DNA of 36,183 bases from the NCBI RefSeq assembly GCF_000372725.1, contig NW_005201792.1, forward strand, positions 1 through 36,183, written 5' to 3'. This stretch comes from Emiliania huxleyi CCMP1516. Its lineage: Eukaryota. Shown here in pieces: positions 35,037 through 36,183 of this stretch (the stretch's first letter is position 1; each line of letters begins with the position of its first letter). Below the pieces are notes generated by a model. The model ran no database searches. It saw only the letters and a program-made list of their open reading frames with translations, and had not been told where the DNA came from. A program made the position numbers and the translations under genes.

Positions 35037-36183
35037 ATGCAGCGCCACGGCCTTGTCTGGGCGTGCGCTGTGGCCGCCTTGTGCTTCGGGGGAGCACGAG
35101 CGCGGCGCTCATTGACCGCCGATGAGGCTGGCACTGACACCGCTGTCGAGAACAAGAACAGCAGCCGCATGCCAGTGAGATCACTCCGGCAGCTCTTCCG
35201 AGCTCGCCGACTGGCCGGCAGTGCCGAGCGCACTGGAACCAATCCTAGCCCTCCTCCGCCACAGCCGCCTCTGACGCCCGGAACGCAGGTATACGATGGG
35301 TCTGTGTTTGCACTCCGCGTTCCGCAAAACAAGATGTCTAGCTGCTACTCCATGGCCGTCGTCAAGGCGATCCGCGATCCGCGGTTCGTTCAGATCATGA
35401 GCGGGGCCCTGTCACCATCAGAGGTGTCCCTGATCGACCCTTCGAGCTGTCAGATTGAAGAGCTGCCTGCGCCATCCCCGCCGCCACCGCTGCCGCCGCC
35501 CCCAGCACCTCCGCCGCCCTCGCCGCCGCCGCCCTCGCCGCCCCCTCCGTCGCCGCCCCCGCCCTCACCACCACCACCCTCGCCGCCGCCGCCATCGCCA
35601 CCGCCGCCCTCGTCACCCCCACCCTCAATGCCGCCCTCGCCGCCGCCGCCCTCACCGCCCCCACCCTCGCCGCCGCCCCCCTCGCCGCCGCCGCNNNNNN
35701 NNNNNNNNNNNNNNNNNNNNNNNNNNNNNNNNNNNNNNNNNNNNNNNNNNNNNNNNNNNNNNNNNNNNNNNNNNNNNNNNNNNNNNNNNNNNNNNNNNNN
35801 NNNNNNNNNNNNNNNNNNNNNNNNNNNNNNNNNNNNNNNNNNNNNNNNNNNNNNNNNNNNNNNNNNNNNNNNNNNNNNNNNNNNNNNNNNNNNNNNACCC
35901 TCGCCGCCGCCACCCTCGCCGCCGCCGCCCTCGCCACCGCCGCCCTCGCCGCCGCCGCCCTCGCCGCCCCCACCCTCAATGCCGCCCTCGCCGCCGCCGC
36001 CCTCGCCGCCGCCACCATCGCCGCCGCCCCCCTCGCCGCCGCCGCCGTCTCCCCCGCCGCCCTCGCCAACCCCACCCTCGGCGCCGCCCTCCCCGCCGCC
36101 ACCGTCGCCACCCCCACCCTCGCCGCCGCCACCGTCGCCACCTCCACCCTCAATGCCGCCCTCACCGCCCCCACCCTCGCCGC
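35037..36183 (+). CDS. Secreted extensin-like Pro/Ser-rich protein (partial, spans assembly gap)
   Basis: MQRHGLVWACAVAALCFGGARA signal-peptide-like start after an in-frame stop, then ...RARRLAGS...YDGSVFALRVP...DPRFVQIMSG...IEELPAPS(PPPPS)n. Confidence 0.75.
   Translation, partial: MQRHGLVWACAVAALCFGGARARRSLTADEAGTDTAVENKNSSRMPVRSLRQLFRARRLAGSAERTGTNPSPPPPQPPLTPGTQVYDGSVFALRVPQNKMSSCYSMAVVKAIRDPRFVQIMSGALSPSEVSLIDPSSCQIEELPAPSPPPPLPPPPAPPPPSPPPPSPPPPSPPPPSPPPPSPPPPSPPPPSSPPPSMPPSPPPPSPPPPSPPPPSPPPXXXXXXXXXXXXXXXXXXXXXXXXXXXXXXXXXXXXXXXXXXXXXXXXXXXXXXXXXXXXXXXXXXXXPSPPPPSPPPPSPPPPSPPPPSPPPPSMPPSPPPPSPPPPSPPPPSPPPPSPPPPSPTPPSAPPSPPPPSPPPPSPPPPSPPPPSMPPSPPPPSP
35695..35896. other. Assembly gap (N run)
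   Basis: N characters inside the Pro-rich repeat. Confidence 1.

Overview
GC-rich, intron-containing eukaryotic DNA. Frequent GC-AG introns, 10-11-nt intronic tandem repeats and Pro-rich genes suggest a haptophyte such as Emiliania/Gephyrocapsa huxleyi (inference). Recognisable genes: an NLR-like STAND protein (GGCT-like + NB-ARC + TPR + DIRS-type methyltransferase-like domain, 4883-9920), TANGO6/RTP1, a papain-family C1 protease, an enolase with an N-terminal extension and the EWGWS insert, a Brinker/transposase-type HTH gene, a 49-aa globular-domain-less H1-like gene, a MORN-like ORF, a GH5-like fragment, a type II membrane protein, and extensin-like Pro-rich genes at both ends. Mobile and repetitive DNA includes two 5'-truncated retroelement insertions with target-site duplications and T-rich tails, a foldback MITE, several dispersed repeats, an inverted copy of the enolase 5' end, and an unexplained TGGCTG/CAGCCA palindromic array. 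The strongest novelty candidate is the NLR-like gene, with an enzymatic N-terminal domain and a retrotransposon-derived, probably inactive C-terminal domain. All domain calls come from motif recognition by eye; no searches were run.
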